A stretch of 64,000 nt of DNA from an uncultured bacterium. GTDB taxonomy: Bacteria > Bacillota_I > Bacilli_A > RFN20 > CAG-826. Location of the stretch: the NCBI GenBank assembly GCA_949297305.1, contig CASFSG010000018.1:4901-68900 (forward strand), read 5' to 3'. Shown piece after piece: positions 48,587 to 58,589 of this stretch. The position numbers were made by a program, and so were the translations under genes. The notes beneath the pieces are model-generated. The model was given only the letters and a program-made list of their open reading frames with translations. It was not told where the DNA came from and ran no database searches. Position 1 is the stretch's first letter. Each line of letters begins with the position of its first letter.

Positions 48587-49745
48587 GAAATTTGTTTCAA
48601 TGATGGGCGTGATGGCAATTGCTACTACGTCTTTTGTGTCGAGCTGCGTGACAAACGAAGGCGAGGATAGTAGTGGCGGAGGTTCAAATAATTCCTCGAG
48701 TGTCGATGATCGCAATTATTATAGCGAATATTATGAAAACGCTATTTATCCTCGTACAGCTGGTGGACAATTATATATGTCAGAAGCTCCTGACCCATCA
48801 ATTGTTCGCGGCGATGACGGCTATTTTTATATTTTTACTACCGGCAATGGTGGTGGTAAATGTTTCCGTTCAACCGACTGTGTCAATTGGGAAGTCCATT
48901 TAGAAACGGTTATTCCTCGACCCACTTGGGGTGATACACCGACGACACCTAGCGACAAAATACCTTCAGTTTGGGCGCCTGATGCTGTGAAGATTAAAGA
49001 TAAATGGATTTATTATTATTCACTTAGCGGTTGGGGCAATGCGATTGGTGTTGGCTATGCTGTTGCCGATGAAATTGCTGGACCCTATAAAGATAAAGGC
49101 AAATTATTTACCTGTGGTGAAATCGGTTTAGCAAACGCGATCGATCCATGCATTTTTATCGAAGATGAACATGTCTATATGGCGGTTGGCTCTTTCCAAG
49201 GCATTGATTTAATTGAACTAAGTAGCGATGGTATGTCGCTTTTAAATGGTGCAGCCTATCAAAGAGAACATAAAACCTTAATTGCAGGCACCTATGGCCA
49301 ATGGAATGCGGGTAGCTTTGAAGGTTCTTATATCATTAAGAAAGATGGTTATTATTATTACTTTGGTAGTCATGGCACTTGTTGTGATGGTACCGATAGC
49401 TCCTATAATGTAGCCGCTGCTAGATCAACTAGTATCACTGGTCCATATATGGATGCGCAGGGTCGTCCAATCGCCCATAATAACAACAATTACGGCACGA
49501 CGGTAGTGTGCGCTGACTATGAAGGCGGCGATCCTTTTGCAGGCCCAGGTCACTGTTCAGTTTTCCAAGATGATCGCGGAGATTATTGGATGGTCTATCA
49601 TGCCTATGTCGAACGCGATAATTACGCCACTCGTCATTTGATGATGGATCGTTTGTTATGGGATGATAATGGTTTCCCTTATGTCGAAGGTAAAAAACCT
49701 TCTTACGGGGTTGAATTAGAAGGTCCCGCTTTATTAGATGAGTAA
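48579..49745 (+). CDS. GH43 lipoprotein (arabinanase/xylosidase-type)
   Basis: The lipobox is FVSSCVTN. DPSIVRGDDGYFYIFTTG, WAPDAVKIKDKWIYYYS and FEGSYIIKKDGYYYYFGS are GH43 blade motifs. Confidence 0.8.
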   Translation: MNKKFVSMMGVMAIATTSFVSSCVTNEGEDSSGGGSNNSSSVDDRNYYSEYYENAIYPRTAGGQLYMSEAPDPSIVRGDDGYFYIFTTGNGGGKCFRSTDCVNWEVHLETVIPRPTWGDTPTTPSDKIPSVWAPDAVKIKDKWIYYYSLSGWGNAIGVGYAVADEIAGPYKDKGKLFTCGEIGLANAIDPCIFIEDEHVYMAVGSFQGIDLIELSSDGMSLLNGAAYQREHKTLIAGTYGQWNAGSFEGSYIIKKDGYYYYFGSHGTCCDGTDSSYNVAAARSTSITGPYMDAQGRPIAHNNNNYGTTVVCADYEGGDPFAGPGHCSVFQDDRGDYWMVYHAYVERDNYATRHLMMDRLLWDDNGFPYVEGKKPSYGVELEGPALLDE

Positions 49746-49751
49746 TTAATT

Positions 49752-51434
49752 ATGAAAAAAGGTTTTGTTTTTTTACCTTTAGTGATGGTTTTATTAACTA
49801 GTTGCCCTGCTAGTGAGGAATCATCGAATGCTCCTTCCCTTACTTTGAGTGAAGAAGATAAAATCCGCCCTTCTTCTACGAATTTAGAATACGAAGATTA
49901 TGGTTTAAATAGCGATAATAATTTCGCTTATAACGAAGAAAAATTCTATCGTAACGATTTAGAAATTCGTCTCCCTGATCCAGCTGTATTTTATGAGGAC
50001 GGTTTATATTATATTTATGGGACAACTGATCGAACGGGAGCAAAATCATTCGATTGCTATACGACGAGCGATTTTAATAATTATATAGCGTATCACGATG
50101 TCTTTAAGCCGAGTGAAGATTCGTGGGGAAATGATTCTTTATTCGCTCCTGAATTATATAAATTTGATGATACTTATTATTTGTATTATTCCGCCAAAAA
50201 TGTCGGTAGCAGTGGCGTCTCTACTAATAGTGCAATTATGGTTGCGACTGCCGATAATCCTTTAGGCCCTTTTAAAGAATATCAAGGCGAAGACGCGAAT
50301 GGAAAATACCTTGATGGTAAAGCCGATGGGATGTTTTGGGATATCGATCGCGGAAAGATTAGCATATTAGATCAGACACTATTAGTGGATGGCCAAGATA
50401 TTTATATGTATTATTCGATATATGATACGAATGTCATGCAATATATCGTCGGGGTAAAAATGATTGACCCCGTGACACCTGATTGGGATAGTTATCAAAT
50501 ATTATTAAGACCGGGAGCTTTATCACCTGATAATGAATACGATAAAACTTTAACTTGGGAATGCTTCCAGGGCTTTAGAGTTGCTGAGGGTCCACAAGTC
50601 ACCAAAACTCCCGCTGGTAAATATATGCTCTCTTATAGCGTCAACCATTATCCTGATATGTATTACACCGTTTGTTATGCCTTGAGCGATTCGCCGTTAG
50701 GAACATATGTTAAACCTTATACTCGCGGAGGCTATTGGACGAATATTTTATTTGGTTATGGTGGCACAAAAAGTGGAACTACATATAACCAATGGCAGGG
50801 CTTTATGGGTGGAACTGCCCATCATTTTATTTTTAAAGTTGGCGAACAATATATGATTGCTTATCATGCTTTAGTCAACCGTAAAGATATCTCTAGCGGT
50901 CGAGGTGTCGGTATTGATTATTTATTCTTTGACGAGGAAGGTAATCCTTATGTTCATGGTCCTTCTTATGCGGTGATGCCTCTTCCTAGTGCACTTAGCG
51001 GTTATTCCAATATTGCCCTAGGTGCTGCAATTGCTAGTGAAGGTGTCACCAATCCTGAAAGATTAAATGATAATTTTATCGTTGAACATTACAATTTAGC
51101 AGCCGAACAAGACAAAGAAGCTTCTTTAAGTCGTACTTCTTATGTCAAGCTTCAGTTTGACCGAGAATATCATGTTGGTGGTATCTTAATTTATAATTCG
51201 GCATATTTTGATTATTTTATTGAAGAAATAAGTTTTATTAAGTTTAGCGATAATCAAGCAATTTTAGATGGACAATTTTTAAATAGTCACATCAATAATC
51301 GTTATGAATTTGTTAATCCTTGCACTTCCTTTGCCTTTGATTTAGCTGAAGATGTTTTAACCGATTCAATTGTTATTGGTTTTGATAATTCATATGATTT
51401 TCAATTAAATGAAATTATAGTTATGGGGTATTAA
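49752..51434 (+). CDS. GH43 lipoprotein
   Basis: The lipobox is LLTSCPAS. PDPAVFYEDGLYYIYGTTD, FAPELYKFDDTYYLYYSAKN and AEGPQVTKTPAGKYMLSYS are GH43 motifs. Confidence 0.75.
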   Translation: MKKGFVFLPLVMVLLTSCPASEESSNAPSLTLSEEDKIRPSSTNLEYEDYGLNSDNNFAYNEEKFYRNDLEIRLPDPAVFYEDGLYYIYGTTDRTGAKSFDCYTTSDFNNYIAYHDVFKPSEDSWGNDSLFAPELYKFDDTYYLYYSAKNVGSSGVSTNSAIMVATADNPLGPFKEYQGEDANGKYLDGKADGMFWDIDRGKISILDQTLLVDGQDIYMYYSIYDTNVMQYIVGVKMIDPVTPDWDSYQILLRPGALSPDNEYDKTLTWECFQGFRVAEGPQVTKTPAGKYMLSYSVNHYPDMYYTVCYALSDSPLGTYVKPYTRGGYWTNILFGYGGTKSGTTYNQWQGFMGGTAHHFIFKVGEQYMIAYHALVNRKDISSGRGVGIDYLFFDEEGNPYVHGPSYAVMPLPSALSGYSNIALGAAIASEGVTNPERLNDNFIVEHYNLAAEQDKEASLSRTSYVKLQFDREYHVGGILIYNSAYFDYFIEEISFIKFSDNQAILDGQFLNSHINNRYEFVNPCTSFAFDLAEDVLTDSIVIGFDNSYDFQLNEIIVMGY

Positions 51435-51437
51435 ATT

Positions 51438-53909
51438 ATGAAAATGAATATTAAGTCGATCTTTTTTCTCCTTTTAGCGATGTTAGTGATTCCTAGTTGC
51501 GATGATCATAATTCATCCTCGAGCGAATCACTAACGCCGCCGAGCGATTCTTTACTAAGCGAACATGATGAAATTTATGATTTTTATGATAATAGCATCG
51601 CTGTTCCCGCAGTCGGAGGTGGTGAGGCAACTTTAGCTGCTGATCCTTTCGTCTTCCGTTATAATGGTATGTATTACTTATACGCGACAACTTCAAATGG
51701 ATTTGTTCGCGGCTATCAATCACTAGACATGATTCATTGGGAGAAAGTTAATAATGGTGAATTAACACCAGGATATGTTTATGATTATTCGCGCGATCCT
51801 AATCGCCCTGCTAGTAGCAATCCCTTCGCTCCAGAAGTGACATATTATAATGGTTATTTTTATATGATAATGTCTCCTTCTGGCAATGGACATTACGTTT
51901 TAAAAAGTCGAACTCCCGATGGCCCGTTTGAAGCTGTTAGCGGCAATATTGGACATAGCATCGATGGTCATTATTTTATCGATAATAATGATGGCGAAGA
52001 TGAAGTTTATATGTTTTACGCTGGCGCTGGTGGCATCAATATCACCAAAATGGAAAAGGATTTCTATTCTTTAAAAGCTGAAAACGGTTCGACACGAGAA
52101 GTAACTTTGCTCGAAGCTAAAATCGGTGGTTGGAATGAAGGACCTTATATGTTAAAGAAAGATGGTAACTATTATCTAACCTTTACTGGTTCTCATTATT
52201 TGACCCCCTCTTATCGCGTTGACTACGCTTTTGTTCCTAGTGGTGAAGATATTATGAAAAATTCTTCTTATACGAACAAAGGTCACGTTTTAGTGAATAC
52301 CGATAATCGTCAATTTATGGCGACTGGTCATTCTTCGACAGTTTTAGGTCCAGATTTAGATTCATACTATATTGTTTATCATAATTTAACGAGCTCGAAT
52401 CAAAGATTTTATAATTTTTCTCGTTTATCGTTTAATGGTTCGAGAATGGTTGCAAATAGTGTGCGTGTCGAAGAAAATATCGCGCCTAATTTGCCTGAAT
52501 TTTCTTCCTATGAAGGTGAAGGTATGTCGCGAAATGGTGATTTCTTATTATCTAATTTTGCTAGCGAAGACACTTTCAGTGCTGAATATAATGTTAGTGG
52601 CACCGGAAAAATGATTTTCTCTTATCATGACGATAATAATTATGGATATGCTCAAATTACTGATGATTGCACCTTAGATGTTTATAGTGTTAATAATGGT
52701 AGCGCTAGTGAAGTAGCATCTATTTATTTTAATAGCGATATTGACCCTTATGTTAATCACACTGTGCGTTTATCTTATCGCGATGGTTTGATGGATATTT
52801 ATTTTGATACGATGGAAATGGCTAATGATGTCACTTGTTCATTTAAAGGCGGGAAGGTCGGCATTAGTGAAGACGATTTTGATGAATATGGTTATCTAGC
52901 TTTTTCTAATGTCGGTAATGGCTCTAGTGATAATTTAGCTTATAACACCGACATCATTTTAGCTAACGCTTATGACAAAGAGCGCTCTTATTTAACTAAC
53001 GGTTCTTCTTTGGTGGAAGTTAATGAAGAAGGAGAATATTTAGATACATATTCTTATAATTTAAATTTAAAAAATCAAAACGATCGAGCAGTTTATCGCG
53101 TCTATATTCCTTCTAGTGCGACTGAATTCTACAATTTAGAATTCCGCCTACCGGCCGCTAATTTGAATAAGACTGTTGGCATTCGTTTGGATGATGGGGA
53201 AATTATTAATTATACTTTCGAAGGTCAAACCCCTGTTTTTAGAAACGGCGATGTCACCATTTCACTAAATGATATTTATATTCCAGAAGGACAACATTAT
53301 TTAAGTGTTTATAATGTTGGTGAGGAGATTTCTTTTTCTAAAATTGAACTCAAACCTTGCTATGATTCACCTGAATTTGATTTAGATTTTGCTTCTATGA
53401 CGAATTATACAACTGTCGGTAATCTATCCTTTAACGGTAGTAGCGTTTCTTTTAATGAACAAAGTGCCGCGGGTGCTTTATATAATAACGATTATGTTAG
53501 CGGCACCTATACTATTGAGGCTAATGTCAAAGTTAACTCACTAGCGACTAGTGGTTATGTTGGCTTATTATTTAATGCCCAATATTTATCGCAAGCTTAT
53601 CGTGAAGACGCTGATCGCGGTAGCAATGCGAACTCATTTAATGGCTATCGTCTACAATTGGAAGATGGTTCTTTGACCCTAAACTATGTTGATTTTAATA
53701 ATGTTGAATTTATTGATAGTTATGATTTAGATGTGACATTAAATCGTAGCTATGACCTTTATGTTGAACTTCATAACAACACAATTACCGTCTTTTTAGG
53801 TGAGGAAGAAGTTATTTCAACTGCCTTAAATGTTGGTCCTCTTTCTGGTAAGGTTGGATTTATGGCTATGAACGCGAGTGGAGAAGTAGCCAATTTTAGC
53901 GTTTATTAA
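51438..53909 (+). CDS. GH43-like lipoprotein with C-terminal concanavalin/laminin-G-like domains
   Basis: The lipobox is VIPSCDD. ADPFVFRYNGMYYLYATTS and IGGWNEGPYMLKKDGNYYLTFTGSHY are GH43-like, followed by a long beta-sandwich tail. Confidence 0.65.
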   Translation: MKMNIKSIFFLLLAMLVIPSCDDHNSSSSESLTPPSDSLLSEHDEIYDFYDNSIAVPAVGGGEATLAADPFVFRYNGMYYLYATTSNGFVRGYQSLDMIHWEKVNNGELTPGYVYDYSRDPNRPASSNPFAPEVTYYNGYFYMIMSPSGNGHYVLKSRTPDGPFEAVSGNIGHSIDGHYFIDNNDGEDEVYMFYAGAGGINITKMEKDFYSLKAENGSTREVTLLEAKIGGWNEGPYMLKKDGNYYLTFTGSHYLTPSYRVDYAFVPSGEDIMKNSSYTNKGHVLVNTDNRQFMATGHSSTVLGPDLDSYYIVYHNLTSSNQRFYNFSRLSFNGSRMVANSVRVEENIAPNLPEFSSYEGEGMSRNGDFLLSNFASEDTFSAEYNVSGTGKMIFSYHDDNNYGYAQITDDCTLDVYSVNNGSASEVASIYFNSDIDPYVNHTVRLSYRDGLMDIYFDTMEMANDVTCSFKGGKVGISEDDFDEYGYLAFSNVGNGSSDNLAYNTDIILANAYDKERSYLTNGSSLVEVNEEGEYLDTYSYNLNLKNQNDRAVYRVYIPSSATEFYNLEFRLPAANLNKTVGIRLDDGEIINYTFEGQTPVFRNGDVTISLNDIYIPEGQHYLSVYNVGEEISFSKIELKPCYDSPEFDLDFASMTNYTTVGNLSFNGSSVSFNEQSAAGALYNNDYVSGTYTIEANVKVNSLATSGYVGLLFNAQYLSQAYREDADRGSNANSFNGYRLQLEDGSLTLNYVDFNNVEFIDSYDLDVTLNRSYDLYVELHNNTITVFLGEEEVISTALNVGPLSGKVGFMAMNASGEVANFSVY

Positions 53910-53920
53910 GGCGAGGTTAA

Positions 53921-54910
53921 ATGATGTTTAAACTAGAAAAAATATTTTGTTTATCCCTAGGGGTAATTAGTTTAATGGGTAGTGGTTGTGCCGATAATAA
54001 TCTTTCTAGCGAATCTAGTCAATCTAATAGTGAATCGACTATGGAAGTACCTTTAGGTCAAGTCTATTTTGGTAAGATGTATTTATATGGTTCAACATAT
54101 TCCTCATTAGAAGTGAGACCAATTTTTAGTGTAGCAAAAAGAGCGGAGCTTGAACATTTTGTTTATTCATCGGAAAGCGATATTGTCGAAATTGTTGGCG
54201 ATGTGATTACTTATGTAAAACCAGGAAGGGCGACAATTAATGCTAAAAGTGAAAATTTTGAAAAAACTTTCACGGTGCAATGTGTAGAAAACTATAATTT
54301 TGTTAATCAAGTTAATAATATTCACACTTTATATCGACAAGATGATTCTTCTAGTAACGCGACGTTATTTTTAGGTGATTCTTTCTTTGAGTTTTGGCGA
54401 AATAATGTTAATAACCGAAGTTTTAAAGAAGATTTTAAGGGGTACGATGTCTTTAATGCTGGTATAAGCGCGACCCAAACTCATCACTTGCGACCTTTTA
54501 TTCAAAACGATTTGCTTAATATGTTTGATGTACCAAAAAACATCATCGTCAATATTGGTATCAATAATGTCGACGATAACTACGAAAACGGTCTCGATTG
54601 TGGCGTTAATGTTTTATCGTTATTAGAAGACTTGCATCACTACTTTCCTGATTCAAATATTTATTATTTTTCAATTACGCGTTGCACTGGTCTATTTGCT
54701 GCGAATTGGGATGATCATTCATTATCTAATACTTTTGTAAGTAATTATATTGCTAGTCGTTCATATTTGAACTATTTAGATGTGATGTCGCTATATGGTG
54801 ATGATTATGCTTTATATTTAGCCGATGGTCTTCACCCCAACAAAGAAGGTTATCAACATTTCTATGATTTAATTATGGCGAATGTTGAGTTAGAATTATT
54901 AGATGAATAA
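53921..54910 (+). CDS. Lipoprotein SGNH/GDSL-type esterase with an N-terminal Ig-like domain
   Basis: The lipobox is LMGSGCADN. LFLGDSFFEFW is block I (the GDS Ser) and DGLHPNKEGY is block V (DxxH). Confidence 0.65.
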   Translation: MMFKLEKIFCLSLGVISLMGSGCADNNLSSESSQSNSESTMEVPLGQVYFGKMYLYGSTYSSLEVRPIFSVAKRAELEHFVYSSESDIVEIVGDVITYVKPGRATINAKSENFEKTFTVQCVENYNFVNQVNNIHTLYRQDDSSSNATLFLGDSFFEFWRNNVNNRSFKEDFKGYDVFNAGISATQTHHLRPFIQNDLLNMFDVPKNIIVNIGINNVDDNYENGLDCGVNVLSLLEDLHHYFPDSNIYYFSITRCTGLFAANWDDHSLSNTFVSNYIASRSYLNYLDVMSLYGDDYALYLADGLHPNKEGYQHFYDLIMANVELELLDE

Positions 54911-55703
54911 AACAATATACTTAAATAACTATTTAAAACTTGAATATTTTTTTACTAGCAACGCTTTAAGGGATAATTATCATGCGATTTTAATTTTACC
55001 CGGTGGTGGCTATGGATTTTTGGCCAGCGACCGTGAAGGGGAAAGCTATGCGAATTATTTTTCACAATTAGGGTTTGTTGCTTTCGTTTTAAATTATTCG
55101 GTTTATCCTAAGACATTTCCTACGCAAATCCTGGAAGTTTATCAAGCTTTAAAATTCATTAAAGAAGATTTTAAAGAAGTAAAATTAAGTGATAAATTAT
55201 TCATTATTGGTTCAAGTGCTGGAGGGCATCTCGCTCTTAATTCTCAAACGATAACAAATCATCAAGATTTTTTAGATAAACATCATTTAAAGAAAGAAAT
55301 TTTTAAGATTAGTGGTCTCATTTTATGTTATCCAGTAACTAGCCCTCATCGAGCAATAACGCACGGAAAGACTTACGATAATCTTTTAAGTGACGTCAAT
55401 AGCAAAGAAGCAATCTCTTTAACAAATTTAGTTGAAGAAATACACGAAGAGATTTCACCTATTTTTTGTTATGCGACTTATCAGGATGACTTGATTGAAA
55501 TAGAAAATTCTTTGTTGCTCGCTTTAAGTGCTAAAAAGCACCATGTCAATATTGAATTGCATATCTTTTCGTTGGGTCAGCATGGCTTATCGCTGGGCGA
55601 TAAATTCAATAATCCTGGAACTGAAGATAATGTTATTGAATTAGTGAGTTCTTGGCCGTTATTATTAAAAAAATGGTTAAAGGCTAATTTCGATATTTTT
55701 TAA
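54903..55703 (+). CDS. Alpha/beta-hydrolase esterase (acetyl-esterase/lipase type)
   Basis: ILPGGGYGFLAS is the HGGG-type oxyanion region and IIGSSAGGHLA is GxSxG. Its 3' end overlaps the stop of the convergent exoA. Confidence 0.7.
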   Translation: MNKTIYLNNYLKLEYFFTSNALRDNYHAILILPGGGYGFLASDREGESYANYFSQLGFVAFVLNYSVYPKTFPTQILEVYQALKFIKEDFKEVKLSDKLFIIGSSAGGHLALNSQTITNHQDFLDKHHLKKEIFKISGLILCYPVTSPHRAITHGKTYDNLLSDVNSKEAISLTNLVEEIHEEISPIFCYATYQDDLIEIENSLLLALSAKKHHVNIELHIFSLGQHGLSLGDKFNNPGTEDNVIELVSSWPLLLKKWLKANFDIF

Positions 55704-56455
55704 ATATTTATTTCTAGTAGAACCGGACAATGATCCGACCCATGAATTTCATTTATTATTTCAGCGCATCTAATCTTTTCTTTCAAGCAATTGCTTACTA
55801 AATAATAATCAATTCGCCAACCGATATTCCTTTCTCTTGATTTATAGCGATATGACCACCAAGAATATTTTATTTTTTCGGGATGTAAATAACGGAAAGT
55901 GTCTAAAAAGCCATTTTCTAACAAGATAGAAAATTTTTCTCTTTCTTCGTTTGTAAAACCCGGATTCAAATGATTCGCTTGTGGGTTTTTTAAATCAATT
56001 TCTTGATGTGCGACATTTAAATCGCCAGTGTATATCACTGGCTTTTTTAGATTTAATGCATTTAAATATGAACGCATCTCGTCTTCAAATTCTAAGCGAA
56101 AATTTATGCGTTTAAGAGCTTCGCCGCTATTTGGAACATAAGCAGCGACAAAATAAAACATTGGATATTCTAAAGTGATAACCCTTCCTTCTATGTCATA
56201 GCGATGATCTTTTAAGCCATAATGGATGGATAATGGTTCCTTTTTTGTTAATATAGCGACTCCCGAATAGCCCTTTTTAATTTTAGAATTAGTAAAATAT
56301 ACATGATAACCTTCTATATAAAAAGGAAAATTCTCATCGCTTAGTTTAGTTTCTAATAAAACAAAAATATCAGCGTTAAGCGCTTGGAAATCTTTGATAA
56401 AATCTTTTTTTAAAATGGCTCTTAGACCATTGACATTAAATGTGACGCATTTCAT
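55700..56455 (-). CDS. exoA: Exodeoxyribonuclease III (AP endonuclease, EEP family)
   Basis: MKCVTFNVNGLRA starts the protein, with TGDLNVAHQEIDL and a C-terminal SDHCPV. Confidence 0.85.
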   Translation of the reverse strand: MKCVTFNVNGLRAILKKDFIKDFQALNADIFVLLETKLSDENFPFYIEGYHVYFTNSKIKKGYSGVAILTKKEPLSIHYGLKDHRYDIEGRVITLEYPMFYFVAAYVPNSGEALKRINFRLEFEDEMRSYLNALNLKKPVIYTGDLNVAHQEIDLKNPQANHLNPGFTNEEREKFSILLENGFLDTFRYLHPEKIKYSWWSYRYKSRERNIGWRIDYYLVSNCLKEKIRCAEIINEIHGSDHCPVLLEINI

Positions 56456-57750
56456 TTTTTAAATAAATATAAGGGTAAAGATGTTTTAAGAAGATGGTTG
56501 GAGATGATAACTTCTTTATTCGTTAAATAGTTAATATAAATCCCATCTTCTAAATCATCATCAAAAATCTTTACATTGTTTTTTAATGGAAAAATTCCAT
56601 AAGCTTTTTGACCATTTGAATAATAGTTAGTAATTAATAAATAAGCGCCATCTTTTAATGAAGGGAGCGATAAGAGAAGTTCGCGACTAATTTGATCCTT
56701 TTTATAAACGATTAGTCTTCTAATAAAGTTGAACCAATCTTCATCAATTGACCAATCTAGTGAATCTTTGTTAAAAAGATTTAAGACCTTTTTAGCTTTG
56801 GTTTCTAAGCCGTTATAAATAAACATTGGACCTTTCATAAAAGGTGTCATAGCGGCTAAAGACATCATTATATTTTTCTTTTTACTAAATTCGTAGATGC
56901 GTTTTTGATCATGGTTTTCTAGACCACGAATTCGTAAAGAATCTTTAGGATTTGCACTGTTTTCGTGCAAAAGCGCCATTTTAAAAACATTTAAATCGTT
57001 TAAATTGCCGTTTTCTAAATAGGAGCGAAGATATGGATAACAATCATACATATATAACATGTCAAAACCTAGTTGATACAATTCACCATCGCTTAAACAA
57101 CTAATATTACGACTCCTTAAATACCCATTGAAACTAGGTTCCACACTTTCTCCTAATAAAATTGTATTTGGATATTTCTCTAGGAGCATTTTTTGTAATT
57201 TTTCTAAAAATTTTCTGCTCAATAATGAAACGACATCGAAACGATATCCATCAATTCCTAAAGAACTATAATAATCGATTACATCAACTAAATAATTGCA
57301 TAGTTCATCGTTTTCTAAATCTAAATCGTAAACATCTGACCAATCACCCACCTTGTTAGCCATTTGGCCATTTTTATCACGATACATCCAATCTGGATGA
57401 ACTAAAGAAATTTTTGAATCGCGCGAGGTATGATTAAAGACGATATCAATGATGATTTTCATCTTTTTTGCGTGAGTATTGATTATTAAATTAGTTAAAT
57501 CATCCAAAGTGCCTAATTCAGGATTAATCGCTAAATAATCTTCAATAGCATAAGGGCTTCCTAGTTTACCTTTGCGATTTAATTTTCCGATTGGAGAGAT
57601 TGGTAATAAATAGATTATATCTACACCTAAATCTTTTAGATAATCTAATTTTTCGCTTATAGCATTAAATGTTCCTTCGCGCGTAAAGTTGCGAGTGTAT
57701 ATTTGATAAATAACTTTATTTGCTAATTCATCTTTGTAATTATTAAACAT
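56452..57750 (-). CDS. GH13 alpha-amylase-family enzyme (cytoplasmic; sucrose/oligoglucan active type)
   Basis: GVDIIYLLPISP, IIIDIVFNHTS, GYRFDVVS, LLGESVEP and LENHDQ correspond to GH13 conserved regions I-IV. Confidence 0.75.
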   Translation of the reverse strand: MFNNYKDELANKVIYQIYTRNFTREGTFNAISEKLDYLKDLGVDIIYLLPISPIGKLNRKGKLGSPYAIEDYLAINPELGTLDDLTNLIINTHAKKMKIIIDIVFNHTSRDSKISLVHPDWMYRDKNGQMANKVGDWSDVYDLDLENDELCNYLVDVIDYYSSLGIDGYRFDVVSLLSRKFLEKLQKMLLEKYPNTILLGESVEPSFNGYLRSRNISCLSDGELYQLGFDMLYMYDCYPYLRSYLENGNLNDLNVFKMALLHENSANPKDSLRIRGLENHDQKRIYEFSKKKNIMMSLAAMTPFMKGPMFIYNGLETKAKKVLNLFNKDSLDWSIDEDWFNFIRRLIVYKKDQISRELLLSLPSLKDGAYLLITNYYSNGQKAYGIFPLKNNVKIFDDDLEDGIYINYLTNKEVIISNHLLKTSLPLYLFKK

Positions 57751-57755
57751 CTTTT

Positions 57756-58373
57756 TTACCTAATAAAATTTGTCACTTGGTGAGAAACTTTCTCATCTAG
57801 TAGAATTTCTTCCTTTCCTTTAGCGATACTTTTTACTAAAAAATCGACATTATTGATTAATTCATAAATGTTGCTAAGTCCCTCTTTGTCATATTTAACC
57901 TCACCTTTATCTCTACCGAAGACATTATTCCAATAAAAGGATGAAGCAACTGGCATTTCGGTGATAGTAAAAAACTTGTTGAGACAATCTAATGCAAAAG
58001 TTGTGCCAGCTCGACGGGCGATTGCAATGCTTGCGCCTACTTTCATTCTTTTATCGAAATGAGTTGAATAAAATAACCTTTGCATAAAAGAAATTAGATT
58101 GCCATTTGGCATAGCATAATAAACTGGTGTTACAACAATTAAGGCATCAGCATTATCAAATAGTGGAGCGGTTTGATTCACTAAGTCATCAATCGCACAT
58201 TTTGCGTGTTGATAGCAATAAGCGCAATCTAAACAACCACGAATATTAGCCCTTCCTACTTCGATCGTATCGACATGATAATCTTTCTTTTCAAATTCGC
58301 TTTTTAATAAATTAGTAATGTGTTCACTATTGCCATTTTTTCTAGCGCTTCCATTTAAAATTAAGATATTCAT
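57756..58373 (-). CDS. Flavodoxin-fold NADPH-dependent FMN reductase / iron-sulfur flavoprotein-like
   Basis: MNILILNGSARKNGNS is the FMN_red start, and a compact Cys cluster (CLDCAYCYQHAKC) follows as in Isf-type flavoproteins. Confidence 0.55.
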   Translation of the reverse strand: MNILILNGSARKNGNSEHITNLLKSEFEKKDYHVDTIEVGRANIRGCLDCAYCYQHAKCAIDDLVNQTAPLFDNADALIVVTPVYYAMPNGNLISFMQRLFYSTHFDKRMKVGASIAIARRAGTTFALDCLNKFFTITEMPVASSFYWNNVFGRDKGEVKYDKEGLSNIYELINNVDFLVKSIAKGKEEILLDEKVSHQVTNFIR

Positions 58374-58494
58374 TTAATCACCTCTTTTTAATTATAAAAA
58401 AGATATCAATCCATTTCATTAAGAATGATTTACTTCATTCGGGCGATAAATTGCTTATATGAATATTGAAAATATTTATATATTATGGTTAAAT

Positions 58495-58575
58495 AACTTC
58501 GTTTAGGGGAGTAGCTAGCGAGGACTTCGTCAGCACGATTTATATCCGGAGCTCGTTTAAGGCAAGACCTAATGA
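58495..58575 (+). ncRNA. Candidate yybP-ykoY (Mn2+) riboswitch in the ATPase leader
   Basis: TTTAGGGGAGTAGC matches the conserved GGGGAGUAG block, and downstream CCGGAGC...GGCAAGACC resembles the GGAGAGACC 3' block. It sits immediately upstream of the RBS (GGAGG, 58579) of a P-type ATPase, a known yybP-ykoY-regulated gene class. Confidence 0.4.
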
Positions 58576-58589
58576 AATGGAGGTATTTT

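Noticed and set aside
55700-55703. Overlapping convergent stop codons of the esterase (+) and exoA (-)
   Set aside because: A 4-bp tail-to-tail overlap is common in compact genomes. I saw no shared terminator hairpin, so it is not treated as a regulatory feature.
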